A DNA stretch of 64,000 nt from Myxococcota bacterium (GTDB lineage: Bacteria; Myxococcota_A; UBA796; UBA2385): the NCBI GenBank assembly GCA_044344255.1, contig JBIJDH010000004.1:352001-416000 (forward strand). The letters run 5' to 3'. Every line of letters starts with the position of its first letter. Position 1 is the first letter of the stretch. This document shows, piece after piece, positions 8,751-18,500 of this stretch. The position numbers and the translations under genes are program-made. The notes under the pieces are model-generated. The model was not told where the DNA came from. It saw only the letters and a list, made by a program, of their open reading frames with translations, and did no database searches.

Positions 8751-10493
8751 ATGGACCAGCCGGTGTGTCGCGGGCTGGGCGGGCGCCTCGCAGACGCGCT
8801 CGTGGTGGCGCTCGCCGCCGTGCTCCCCGTCGGGTTACACCGAAGCTTCATCGCGGAGGACGGAGAGCTGCCCTGGGAGGACGCGCCCGGGCACCTCGTG
8901 ATCCTGATACGGTGGTACGAGGCGCTCTTCCAGGGCAGCCCCCCTCCGGCAGATCCCTACCCCCCGGGGTTGTATTCCGTCGCGAGCGTGTGCCTGCACA
9001 CGTTTGGTTCGCGCCTCCCGGCGGCGCAGTGGGCGGTGGTTCTGTTCGCCAGCGCGTTGGCCGCCGCCCTGGCCGTGATCGGCCTCCGCCTGCAGGGGCG
9101 GACCGCGGGGCTGCTCCTTCCGGCGCTGGTGTGCGCCGCTCCAAGCGTGTCGATCTACAGCCGCATGTTCCTGCTGGAGGTGCCGGCCACGGCCGCCCTC
9201 GCGTGGGTGGCGGTGGCGGTGGTGACATGCGACGGGTTTCGGCGTCCGATCCCGACGATCGGCCTCGGCCTCGCCCTCGCCGCCACCGCGCTCACCAAGT
9301 ATCCGTTCCTCGTCTGGGCGCCGGCCATGCTGGTCGTGCCGTTCGTGGTCATGCTCCGCCGCGCCCCCGCGTCGATGCTGGTCCTGGCCGGCTTCGCCGT
9401 TCCGATCGGATGGGTGCTCCAGCGGCTCGCCGAGCGTGTGGACGGCGGCGGAGCCGTCGATGTCGGCGCCTGCCTCCGGGCCCTCGGCCTGTCCGGGGGG
9501 CTCGGGGTCATCGCCTGGTCGGTCCTCGCGTGGAGGCGTCTGCACCTGTCCCTACTCCCTGGGCTTCGGCTGGGCCTCGCCGCTGTCCTCGCGCTGGCCC
9601 TGGTGACCCCCTGGCTGGCGCTCGCCGGGGCGACGCTCGGGGAGAACGTGATCTTCAACGTGGTCGAGAAGGAGCGCCCCGGGATCGACGAGAACTTGAA
9701 GACCGCCTGGGTCGGGCTCCAGCTCGCCTGGCCCTGGACGGCCGCCGCTCTGGCCGTGGGGGGGGGGCTCGCGCTCGTCGAGCTCGTCGCGCGGCGGTGG
9801 TTCCCGCTCGCCCGGGGCTTCGGGGTCGACCCGTCACGGGGCCCGGTGATCGTGCCGGTGCTGGTGGCGGCGACCGTCGCCGCGTCGGGTGCGTGGGTCA
9901 CGGCGGCCACCTTAATGCCGAACAACCGATATTATCTGCCGCTCTACCCGATCGCGGCGGTGGTGATCGGCGTCCCTGTCGCCCGGTTGGTCTTCACGCG
10001 GTGGCTGGCCGGTCCCGCCCTGGCCGCGGTGTGCGCCGTGCAGCTGCTCGCCGCGGCAGACCTCTACGAGCCGCCGGCGTCGGTCACGTTCGAGATGAAC
10101 CCCTTGCAACCATCCCATCCGAGCGCCGACGGCATGTTCTTCGTCCCGCGTGACCGCTACCCCTGGGGGCCGCGCGCGGCGGTCGAGCGCGCGCTATCGG
10201 TGTTGAAAGCACAATTCGTGGCCAGCGGCTGCAGCGGGATCCGCGTGCGCCGGAGCCGGGGTGATCTCCGCTCGATCCCGGCCCTGGCCGTCCTGCACGG
10301 GTTCGGTGAGTGCGACCTGGACGGGGATCCACGCAGCCGCGCCACGCCGCGCGGGTGGCTCCTCGTCGCGCTCCCGCCCGCCGACATCGAGCGGATCGCA
10401 CCGGCGGTGTCCGACGGGGGGGACTGGCGCGTGGTGTATGAGGAGACCCTCGCGGACACGACCCGGGTGAGCGCGCGCCTTCGAGAACGCTGA
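8751..10493 (+). CDS. GT-C fold membrane glycosyltransferase (ArnT/PMT, GT39/GT83-like)
   Basis: PWEDAPGH, DPYPPGLY, YSRMFLLEVP, LTKYPF, RYYLPLYP; many TM segments; SD GGGAGG before ATG 8751. Confidence 0.75.
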   Translation: MDQPVCRGLGGRLADALVVALAAVLPVGLHRSFIAEDGELPWEDAPGHLVILIRWYEALFQGSPPPADPYPPGLYSVASVCLHTFGSRLPAAQWAVVLFASALAAALAVIGLRLQGRTAGLLLPALVCAAPSVSIYSRMFLLEVPATAALAWVAVAVVTCDGFRRPIPTIGLGLALAATALTKYPFLVWAPAMLVVPFVVMLRRAPASMLVLAGFAVPIGWVLQRLAERVDGGGAVDVGACLRALGLSGGLGVIAWSVLAWRRLHLSLLPGLRLGLAAVLALALVTPWLALAGATLGENVIFNVVEKERPGIDENLKTAWVGLQLAWPWTAAALAVGGGLALVELVARRWFPLARGFGVDPSRGPVIVPVLVAATVAASGAWVTAATLMPNNRYYLPLYPIAAVVIGVPVARLVFTRWLAGPALAAVCAVQLLAAADLYEPPASVTFEMNPLQPSHPSADGMFFVPRDRYPWGPRAAVERALSVLKAQFVASGCSGIRVRRSRGDLRSIPALAVLHGFGECDLDGDPRSRATPRGWLLVALPPADIERIAPAVSDGGDWRVVYEETLADTTRVSARLRER

Positions 10494-10540
10494 CGGACCG
10501 GCCATGGGTGGCCGGCGCGGGTCACCGCGCCACCGCGCAC

Positions 10541-10650
10541 TTCGCGCTTGGTCCGCGGTGCGCCAGCTTCGACGGATACACCGTCCGCGCCAACGTGTCC
10601 CTGGCCGCGCAGGACCGAAGTGTTTTCGTGGCCGTAGAGCGATTTGTGGG
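10541..10650 (+). pseudogene. Short remnant resembling an IS91-family (Y2 rolling-circle) transposase
   Basis: RCASFDGYTVRANVSLAAQDR resembles the IS91-type C..(D/E)GF.LHA.V...A.DR..LERL segment; recalled similarity only. Confidence 0.45.
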
Positions 10651-10687
10651 GAACGCGATTGCAGAAACAGCAGCGGAGGGGGTAGGG

Positions 10688-11835
10688 CAGGGCAATCGCA
10701 TCTTGACGGGGCAAGAGGTTCGCATGGGTTGATCTCTTACCGCCGGGCATCTGCCGCGGCCTCGGAGGTCGCCATGGCGACGCTGCTGGAGCACTTCGAC
10801 AACCTGCCAGACCCTGGGTGAACCGCACCAAGCGACACTCCCTCCGAGACATCATCGCCCTCACCATCCTGGCTGTGATCGGCGGCGCAGAGAACTTCGT
10901 AGAGGTCGTGGAATTCGGCCGAGCGAAGGAGGCTTGGTTCCGGACCTTTCTGGAGCTGCCCCACGGCATTCCGTCCCACGACACGCTGGGGCGCGTGTTC
11001 GCCCGCCTGGACCCGATGGCGTTTCAAGAGCGGTTCATGGCCTGGGTCGGGTCGATTCGGGAGCAGATCGGCGGTGACGTCATCTCCATCGATGGCAAGA
11101 CCGTGCGCCGCAGCGTGGATGGGGCGCGCGGCCTGGGGCCCATCCACCTGGTTGGTGCCCGAGTTGCTCGAGCTCGGCGGCTGCATCGTCACCATCGACG
11201 CCATGGGCTGCCAGAAGGCCATCGCGGCCAAGATCGTCGACCGCGTCGGCGACTACGTGCTGCAGCTCAGGGACAACCATCCGACCCTGGCCGGCCTCGT
11301 CGAGGACTTCTTCGAAGATGGCATCAACTCTAATTTCGCCGGAATGAGGTCGGACTTCCATGAGGAGACCACCAAGGAGCATGACCGGAACGAAGTCCGG
11401 CGGACATGGACCTCGCCGGACCTTGAGTGGCTGCCAGAGTCCGAGGAGTGGGTCGGGATGAAGAGCCTTATCTGTGTCGAGTCCCGTCGCGAGGTGCTCG
11501 GCAAGCAAGAGTCGCTCCACCGGCGGTACACCATCAGCAGCCTGTCGAGTCTTCCGGCACGGCAGGCTGCTCACATCGTCCGAAGCCATTGGGGCATCGA
11601 AAACCAGATGCACTGGGTCCTCGACGTTGCCTTTCATGAAGACGACGCCAGGGTCCGCCTGGGTCACTCCGCCGAGAACTTCGCCACCATTCGGCGCATC
11701 GCCCTCAACTTCCTCAAGCAAGAGACCTCGCGGAAGGTCGGCGTGAAGACGAAGCGTATGAGGGCGGGCTGGGACAACGAATACCTGCTCAAAGTAATTG
11801 GCGGATAAATGGGACGTTTAGATGCGATCGCCCTG
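10688..11835 (+). mobile_element. ISAs1-family insertion sequence, defective
   Basis: Terminal inverted repeats CAGGGCAATCGCATCT (10688-10703) and AGATGCGATCGCCCTG (11820-11835), 15/16 match; no target-site duplication seen. Confidence 0.88.
10774..11808 (+). pseudogene. ISAs1 transposase pseudogene (frameshift and internal deletion)
   Basis: GIPSHDT, ISIDGKT, VTIDAMGCQ, RSHWGIEN..HWVLDVAF.ED; frameshift near 10816; frame change near 11152 where the usual KSNEITA segment is missing. Confidence 0.9.
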
Positions 11836-11897
11836 GCTTCAGGTCCCGGGGGCTTAGCTGCGCTGGGGCTGATCGAAGCGCTGGCCCGCTCCGCCCC

Positions 11898-12122
11898 TCA
11901 GTCTCGGAGCGAGCAGCGGGCGCCGCCCTCGACACGAGCCATGCTCCCGGACTGCGCGGAGACGAGCTCTCCCAGGGTGAGCAGGCCCTCCGACGCCGGG
12001 TAGCCGAGGTCGGCGAGGGTGACGAGGTCGAGCTCGGACTGGACGAGGGTGCCGCTCCCGTCGATGTCGGCGGCGAACAACGCCTCTCCCTGAAGGACGC
12101 TCTCGGCCTCATCGGTGGAGCT
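11898..12122 (-). repeat. Direct repeat copy 2 (3' end of intact lipoprotein gene)
   Basis: Matches 8412-8636; weaker similarity extends leftward to 11861 versus 8355. Confidence 0.85.
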
Positions 12123-12698
12123 GCCGAACAGGCGCTCCGGCTCGAAGAGCACGCGGGTCACCTCGCTGGCGCCGTCCTCGAGCGCGAGTCCGCCGCACGC
12201 GAGGCGGCCGTCGAGGCCGAAGCCCCAGGTGAAGGTGGCCCGACCGGCCGCGCACTGGAGCTCCCCCGAGACAGCGGCGGACCAGCCCTTGCTGAGCATC
12301 AGGCTCTCCTGGGTGGACCTCGAGTTTCCCTCTTCGACCTCGTCGGTGACGAGCAGATCGAAGCCTACGGTGGCCTCGTCGGAGGCCGTGACCTCGGTCT
12401 CGCCGATCGTGTTGACCCGCTCGTAGAGGAGATCCCACGCCCCGGGGCCCCCCACCTCGACCACCCGATCGTCGGGGATGTCGATGTAGCCTGCGCCGAT
12501 CACCACATCGACCGAGCTCCAGGTCAGGGTGCAGCCATCCTCGAGGAGGGTGGGGGCGGCGCGGGTCGCCTCGGGGGTCCACAGCTCGAAGGCCCACTGC
12601 CCCTGGCCCTTCCCGCAGGCGGGCAGCGCGGGGAGCAGGCATAGCAGCGACAGGAGGGGCAGGTGGCGAGGGGCGCGGAGCGGGGTGAGGGGCGTCAT
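11898..12698 (-). CDS. Hypothetical lipoprotein
   Basis: Signal with lipobox LPAC; acidic beta-rich body; ADIDGSGTL EF-like motif. Confidence 0.7.
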   Translation of the reverse strand: MTPLTPLRAPRHLPLLSLLCLLPALPACGKGQGQWAFELWTPEATRAAPTLLEDGCTLTWSSVDVVIGAGYIDIPDDRVVEVGGPGAWDLLYERVNTIGETEVTASDEATVGFDLLVTDEVEEGNSRSTQESLMLSKGWSAAVSGELQCAAGRATFTWGFGLDGRLACGGLALEDGASEVTRVLFEPERLFGSSTDEAESVLQGEALFAADIDGSGTLVQSELDLVTLADLGYPASEGLLTLGELVSAQSGSMARVEGGARCSLRD

Positions 12699-12761
12699 GG
12701 GCCGGGGCTAACCGGCGTCGCCGCACCCTGGAAACGCCGATGCGTGGGGTTATCAGGCGGT

Positions 12762-13223
12762 ATGCACGATCGACTCACCCGCTCCACGCCGCTCCGCGCC
12801 CCCGCGCCCGTTGGCTTCACCGCCTTCGTCGCCCTGCTCGGGCTCGGCGCCTTGGGCGGCGGCTGCGTGGACAAGTCCGACGACACCGGCTCCACGCCCA
12901 ACCTCTACATCTCGGGGCTGCTCTGCGAGTCCGATGGCGGGGAGGTCTCGTGTGACGTGTTGGTCGAGAACAACGGCGCCGCGGTCTCCGACTCCTTCAA
13001 GGTCAGCCTGTACCTGGACCACAGCGGAGCGCCGGAGGTGGGGGAGGGCGGAGATGATCAAGCGCAGATCGGGGGCATCGCCGCCGGCGGCCTGGAGAGC
13101 GTGACGCTCCGCGGCCCCTCCTGCGGGAGCTGCAAGATCTGGGCGCTGGTCGACTCCAAGGGCTCGGTCGATGAGACCGATGAGTCCGACAACGCCTCGG
13201 GCCCCACCACCATCGGCGGCTGA
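12762..13223 (+). CDS. CARDB-domain lipoprotein
   Basis: Lipobox GGGC; VENNG...FKVSLY; ALVDSKGSVDETDESDN (CARDB signature). Confidence 0.75.
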   Translation: MHDRLTRSTPLRAPAPVGFTAFVALLGLGALGGGCVDKSDDTGSTPNLYISGLLCESDGGEVSCDVLVENNGAAVSDSFKVSLYLDHSGAPEVGEGGDDQAQIGGIAAGGLESVTLRGPSCGSCKIWALVDSKGSVDETDESDNASGPTTIGG

Positions 13224-13236
13224 CCGGACGCCGGGA

Positions 13237-13860
13237 TCAGCGAAGGTCGTCGGCGCCGCGGGTCCAGATGAGCAGGCGCTCGCCCTGCACGAGGCCGTGG
13301 TCACGGAGCATCCAGCCGGGGCCCAGCGCTTCGACGGCGCCCGGGGCGTTCTCAGAGAGCACCACCCAGGCCTCGCCGCCCGGGGCGATGTGGGCGCCCA
13401 CCCCTGCGGCGAAGCGGTGGAGGAGCTCGAGCTCGGGCCCCGCGAAGAGGGCACGATCGAGGCGGCCTCCGCGGCGGGGGCCGCGCATCCAGGGCGGATT
13501 GAAGCAGAGGAGGTCGAAGCGCTCGCCGGAGACGCCTTCGAAGAGATCGCCGCGGCGCACGTCGGGCAGGCCATTCTCGCGGGCGGCGGAGACGGCCGTG
13601 GGATCGATGTCGCTGGCGGTCACGCGGGCGCCCTGTCGCCCGGCGAGCAAGCCGACCACGCCGCTGCCACAGCCGAGGTCGAGCAGCCGGGTGTCCGGCC
13701 CGAGGCGCGCGACCTCGGCGGCGACCGCGCGGGCGAACCAGGCGCCGGAGCGGAAGAGCACCGGGTTGAGCACGCCGCGTGGCACGTGGAGCGTCAGCCC
13801 GTCGACGTTGACGGTGCGGCCCTTTCGGCTCACCCACCAGGCGCGGAGGCGGAGGATCAT
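13237..13860 (-). CDS. Class I SAM methyltransferase, HemK/PrmC-like
   Basis: LLDLGCGSG, ASDID, GDLF, FDLLCFNPPW; start overlaps murJ stop. Confidence 0.85.
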   Translation of the reverse strand: MILRLRAWWVSRKGRTVNVDGLTLHVPRGVLNPVLFRSGAWFARAVAAEVARLGPDTRLLDLGCGSGVVGLLAGRQGARVTASDIDPTAVSAARENGLPDVRRGDLFEGVSGERFDLLCFNPPWMRGPRRGGRLDRALFAGPELELLHRFAAGVGAHIAPGGEAWVVLSENAPGAVEALGPGWMLRDHGLVQGERLLIWTRGADDLR

Positions 13861-15485
13861 CACAGGCGCTCCGGGGGGCGATCGGGGGGGCGATCGGGGG
13901 GGCCGCGGCCGGGCGGCGGTGGCGGCAGGAGGCGCCTGGCGATGCCGCGCAGCTCGCGCACGCCGAAGAGCAGCCCCAGGAGGCCATACACGACCGCCCC
14001 GAGCGCGCAGATCGGGAGCAGCCAGGGCCCGTCCGCCCAGGGGCGGAGCGCCGCCACCAGAACGGCGAGGAGAGCGGAGGCGAGGCCGATGCGGGCGAGC
14101 TGACCGACGAAGCCCTCCGACCAGCCGCCGAGGCGGCTCCGCAGCACGAGGACGAGCACCAGCACCTCGGCCGACGCGGTCAAGGCGTGGGAGAGCGGTA
14201 GGCCGATCAGGCCGAGCCCCAGCGTGTCGCAGAGGAGCAGCGCGATGGGCACCTTCACGATCAGGACGCCGAGCGAGAGCCGCATCGGGAGGTAGGGGTC
14301 TCCGAGCGCGAAGAAGGCGGGCAGGAGCACCCGGTAGAGCGAGATGCCGACGCTGGCGATCGCGTAGCCGCGCAGCACCGAGGCGGTGGCGGCCGTGTCG
14401 GCGGCGAGGAAGGCGCCGCGCTCGTAGATCAGCGCGATGAGCGGGCCGGCGAGCAGGTACAGGCCGACCGCGGCGGGGGTGACGAGGCCGAGCGTCATCA
14501 GGACCGCTCGGCCGACCGTGTCCCGCGAGGCGTCGAGCTCTCGGCGCGCGAGCTGGAGCGAGAGGGTGGCGAGGGTGGCGACGGCGACGCTGCCCGCGAT
14601 GAGGTTCTGGGGGATCTGGACGAGGCGGAAGCCGTACTGGAGCTGGCTCACCGGTCCGTCTCCCCAGCGGCTGGCGAGCTGGCTCTCCACGAGCAGGTTG
14701 AGCTGCACCACCATCGCCCCGATGAAGGCCGCGCCGAGGAAGCCCATCGCCCGTCGGAGCTCGGGGTGGCCGGCCAAGGTGGGCCGGATGCGGTAGCCGA
14801 GCGCGCGAAGCGAGGGGTACAAGAGGGCCATCGAGGCGAGGCCGGAGAGGGTGGTGGCGCCAGCGACAACGTGGATGGCGGGGACGCCGGTGACCCGCTC
14901 GAAGGCGGGGCCGGCGAGGCAGGCCGCGACCGAGAAGAGGCCGAGCAGGCTGGGCGTGAGCGCGGGCAGGAAGAAGCGGCCCCGCACGTTCAGCATCCCG
15001 CTCCACAGCGATCCCACGCTGAGGAAGGCCAGGAAGGGGGCCATGATCCGCACGAGCTGCGCGCTCAGCTCGACCTTCCCGGGCACCGAGCGGAAGCCCG
15101 CCGCGACGAGGAGGACGAAGGGTTCGGCGGCCACGAGGTAGAGCAGGGTGATGCCGCCCAGGACGAGGCTGAGCACCCCGAGGAGGGCGTTGGAGAGGGC
15201 CCAGCCGGCCTCTGGCCCCTCTCGCTCCTGGGTGCGGGCGAAGAGGGGCACATAGACATTGGCCATCGCGCCCTCGACGAACACCTCCCGCAGCAGGTTC
15301 GGGACACGAAAGGCGGCGTTGAAGGCGTCTGCCACGGGGCTCGCGCCGAAGGCCGCGGCGAAGGCCACCTCGCGCGCGAGCCCGCTCAGCCGCCCGATCA
15401 AGTTGGCGAGGCCCACGACCAGCGCGGCGCGCCCCATTTTTGGGGGGGGTGGCGCCATCTCGGCGGGGGCGGCGGGCTTGGACAT
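13860..15485 (-). CDS. murJ: Lipid II flippase MurJ (MviN)
   Basis: GRLSGLAREV...FGA...ADAFNAAFRVPNLLREVFVEGAM; RLVQIP; LIYERGAF; many TM segments. Confidence 0.93.
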   Translation of the reverse strand: MSKPAAPAEMAPPPPKMGRAALVVGLANLIGRLSGLAREVAFAAAFGASPVADAFNAAFRVPNLLREVFVEGAMANVYVPLFARTQEREGPEAGWALSNALLGVLSLVLGGITLLYLVAAEPFVLLVAAGFRSVPGKVELSAQLVRIMAPFLAFLSVGSLWSGMLNVRGRFFLPALTPSLLGLFSVAACLAGPAFERVTGVPAIHVVAGATTLSGLASMALLYPSLRALGYRIRPTLAGHPELRRAMGFLGAAFIGAMVVQLNLLVESQLASRWGDGPVSQLQYGFRLVQIPQNLIAGSVAVATLATLSLQLARRELDASRDTVGRAVLMTLGLVTPAAVGLYLLAGPLIALIYERGAFLAADTAATASVLRGYAIASVGISLYRVLLPAFFALGDPYLPMRLSLGVLIVKVPIALLLCDTLGLGLIGLPLSHALTASAEVLVLVLVLRSRLGGWSEGFVGQLARIGLASALLAVLVAALRPWADGPWLLPICALGAVVYGLLGLLFGVRELRGIARRLLPPPPPGRGPPDRPPDRPPERL

Positions 15486-15553
15486 CGGCCCTCCTCACCC
15501 CCTTGGCCGCGCGCCGCAAGGCGCTCCCGGTCCGGCGGGTGTACCATGGGGCC

Positions 15554-18500
15554 ATGTTGCCCTCCCGACGCCGCGCCCGCGCCCTGGCCTTCCTGTCCGC
15601 CTCCCTCCTCGCCCCCCTCGCGCTCTACGCGGGGAGCGGCGGCCCGGACGCGGGGGGGCTTGTCTATACAGACTCTGACGCCCTCGACGGTCCGCCGCAC
15701 ACGACCCTCGACATGAGCGGGGCCACGGCGCTCGGCCTCGCCGACGACGGTACTACCTCGCTCGCCCTGCCCTTCAGCTTCGAGTGGTACGGCGCGACCG
15801 TCTCTGCCGTCACGGTGTCCAACAACGGCGTGCTCGTCTTTTCGGGGACCGTCGATGCCGGGCTCCCGGTCGGCCTCTGTCCAGGTTCAGGGGGAGACTG
15901 GTCAGGTGTGTCCGCCTTCTGGGACGACTGGTCCGCCGGAGCCGCCTCCTACCAGACTTTCGGCCGCTACCCGCACCGCGCCCTCGCCGTCCAGTGGGAG
16001 GGGGCCCACGCCACGGCCGGGGGCAGCGGCACCGTCCAGGCCTGGCTGGTGGAGGGGCGGGACGAGGCGGTGATCGTGCTCGACGACGTCACCTTCGGCT
16101 CCGCCTCGGTCGATGGCGGCGCCAGCGCGATGATCGGGGCCCAAGGCACCAGCGGAGACGGCCTGCCCTGGTCGTGCGGCGCCGTGCTCGCGGACGGCAG
16201 CACGGCCTGGTTCGGCCAGCAGAGCGCGCGCCCGGCCGCCGCCAGCCGTAACGTCGGCGATCTGGGCGTCCCCTGGTACGGTGAGGCGGTCAGCCAGTAC
16301 GCGGGCCAGAGGCTCGCGGGTGGCGATGTGGACGGTGACGGTACGGGTGACTTCCTCATCGGTGACCAGACCACCGACACCGTCTACCTCATCACCGGCG
16401 GCCTCGGCGTGGCCGGCGCCGGCCTGAGCGCCGCCGCCTCTGTCCTCGAGAGCTCCGGGGCGACCGCGACCAACCTGGGGGCGGGCCTCGCCCTCTCCGA
16501 CCTCGACGGGGACGGCGCCGACGACATCCACATCGGCGCCCCCGACGACAGCACCGCCGCCAGCTCCGCCGGTCGGGTCTTCGTCGTGCAGGGCGGCATG
16601 GTGGCGAGCCGCGTCAGCCTCCCCGCGGAGGCCGACCTCGTGCTCAACGGCCCCACTCACGCCGTCAGCGGCTACACCCGCTCGGCCGCGCTCTACAAGC
16701 GGGCAAGGGCCGGAAAGGCCCTCGCCGCGGGCGACTTCGACGGCGACGGCTATGGCGACCTCGCCATCGCCTCCCCCGAGGAGGACTCCGCCGCGATCGA
16801 CGCCGGCGCCGTCTTCCTCGTGTTTGGCAACAGCGGCCGGTTCTCGAGCAGCAGCGCCAGCCTGGACAGCCCCGACGCAGTCTTCGTGGGTGAGAACGGC
16901 GGGGACCAGGCTGGCGTCTCGCTCGCGGTGGGCGACGCCGACGGCGACGGGATGGACGACCTGCTCATCGCGGCGCCCTACTACGACGACAGCGCGACCT
17001 CCGCGAACAACGTTGGGCGCGCCTACCTCATCAACGGCGGCGCCTGGTCCGGCACCGAGGCCCTCTCGGCCTTCGCCACGGCGACGATCACGGGCTCCAA
17101 GGGCTCCGACGAGCTCGGCTGGGGCCTCGCCCTCGGCGATCTGACCGGCGACAGCCTGCCCGATCTCGCGGTGGGCGCCCCCTACGCCGACGACAAGGCC
17201 CCGAGCGCGGGGGCGGTCTACGTCTTCTCCGACACGTCCACCCTCGGCGGGGACTATGACGCGGACCTCGACCGCGACGTAGAGATCAACGGGGAGGTCT
17301 CCAGCACCACCACCGGCGCCGTGCTCGCCGCCTGGGACCTCGACCGGGACGGCACCGACGACCTCGTGGTGAGCTCGCCGAACGACCCCTCTGCCATCTC
17401 GGGGGGTGGCTCGGTCGCGGTCTTCTCAGCGCTCTCCTCCGCCTCGATGGTGCTCTCCGACGCCGACCACGTCGTGCTCGGCACCACCTCGGCCGGCGCG
17501 CTCGGCACGGGGCTCACCGTCGTCGCTGACCACCAGGTCGATGGCTTCGACGACATCATCCTCACGGCGCCCTACGGGACCTACGACACGATCACCGGCG
17601 CGGGCATCACGGCGGTGTGGTCCTTCGTGCCCGACTTCCCGGATCTGGACGCCGACGGCTTTGTCTCCACGGCGGCCGGGGGCCTCGACTGCGACGACGG
17701 CGACGCGCTGGCTTGGCCCGGCAACGTCGAGGTCGCGGCCAACCTCATCGATGATGACTGTGACGGCTGGATCGATGACGCCGTGATCGTGCGGCTCACC
17801 GAAGACGGCTGGGCATATGACATCGACGCGGAGCTCGGCGCCGGCGTCTCGGACACCTTCGACTTTGAGTCGATCACCCTCGGCGACGACGCCAGCCTGT
17901 ACTACGCCTCGCGGGGCCTCGAGCTGGTGGCCTCGGGGAGCGTCGTCGCTGACACCGCCGTGTTCGGCGCGCTGCCCGTGGGGCTGCTGGGCGGCGAGGT
18001 CTCCGCGGGGAGCGCGAACGCGCTCGAGCTCCGGTTCGGAGAGGACATCGAGGCGATCTCCTTCCACGTGCTCGATCCCGAGGCCGCCTTCTCGGTGTTG
18101 GCCGCGTCGGGCGGCACAGCCCGGATCGACGGTGAGATCTTGCCGAGCCTCTCGGCGGCGAACCGCAGCGAGGGCGCCTTCGTGGGCCTGACCTTCGCCG
18201 AGCCGATCGACAGCCTCACCCTGACCGGCGCCCTGACCGACGCCTGGGGCATCGACGAGATCGAGGTCATCTGGTCTTCGGACACCGACAGCGACGGGGA
18301 CGGCCTCTCCGAGAGCGGCGGCGACTGCGATGACAGCGACCCCGCCGTGAACCCGGACGCGACCGAAGACCTCACGAACAGCGTCGATGACGACTGTGAC
18401 GGCGTCATCGACGGCGGCTCGCTCGACACGTACACCAGCGCGCCAGTCTGGGAGGCCGACGCCGACCTCGAGCCGGAGGCCATTGACTTCGAGGGCCTCA

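Noticed and set aside
8412..12122. Diversity-generating retroelement template/variable repeat pair
   Set aside because: Mismatches include C/A, C/G, G/C and both A/G and T/C, so they are not adenine-specific on either strand; no reverse transcriptase in the window
13861..15555. 772-aa ORF read as one long methyltransferase
   Set aside because: The upstream part is an Arg-rich alternative frame of murJ; only 13237-13860 is a plausible gene
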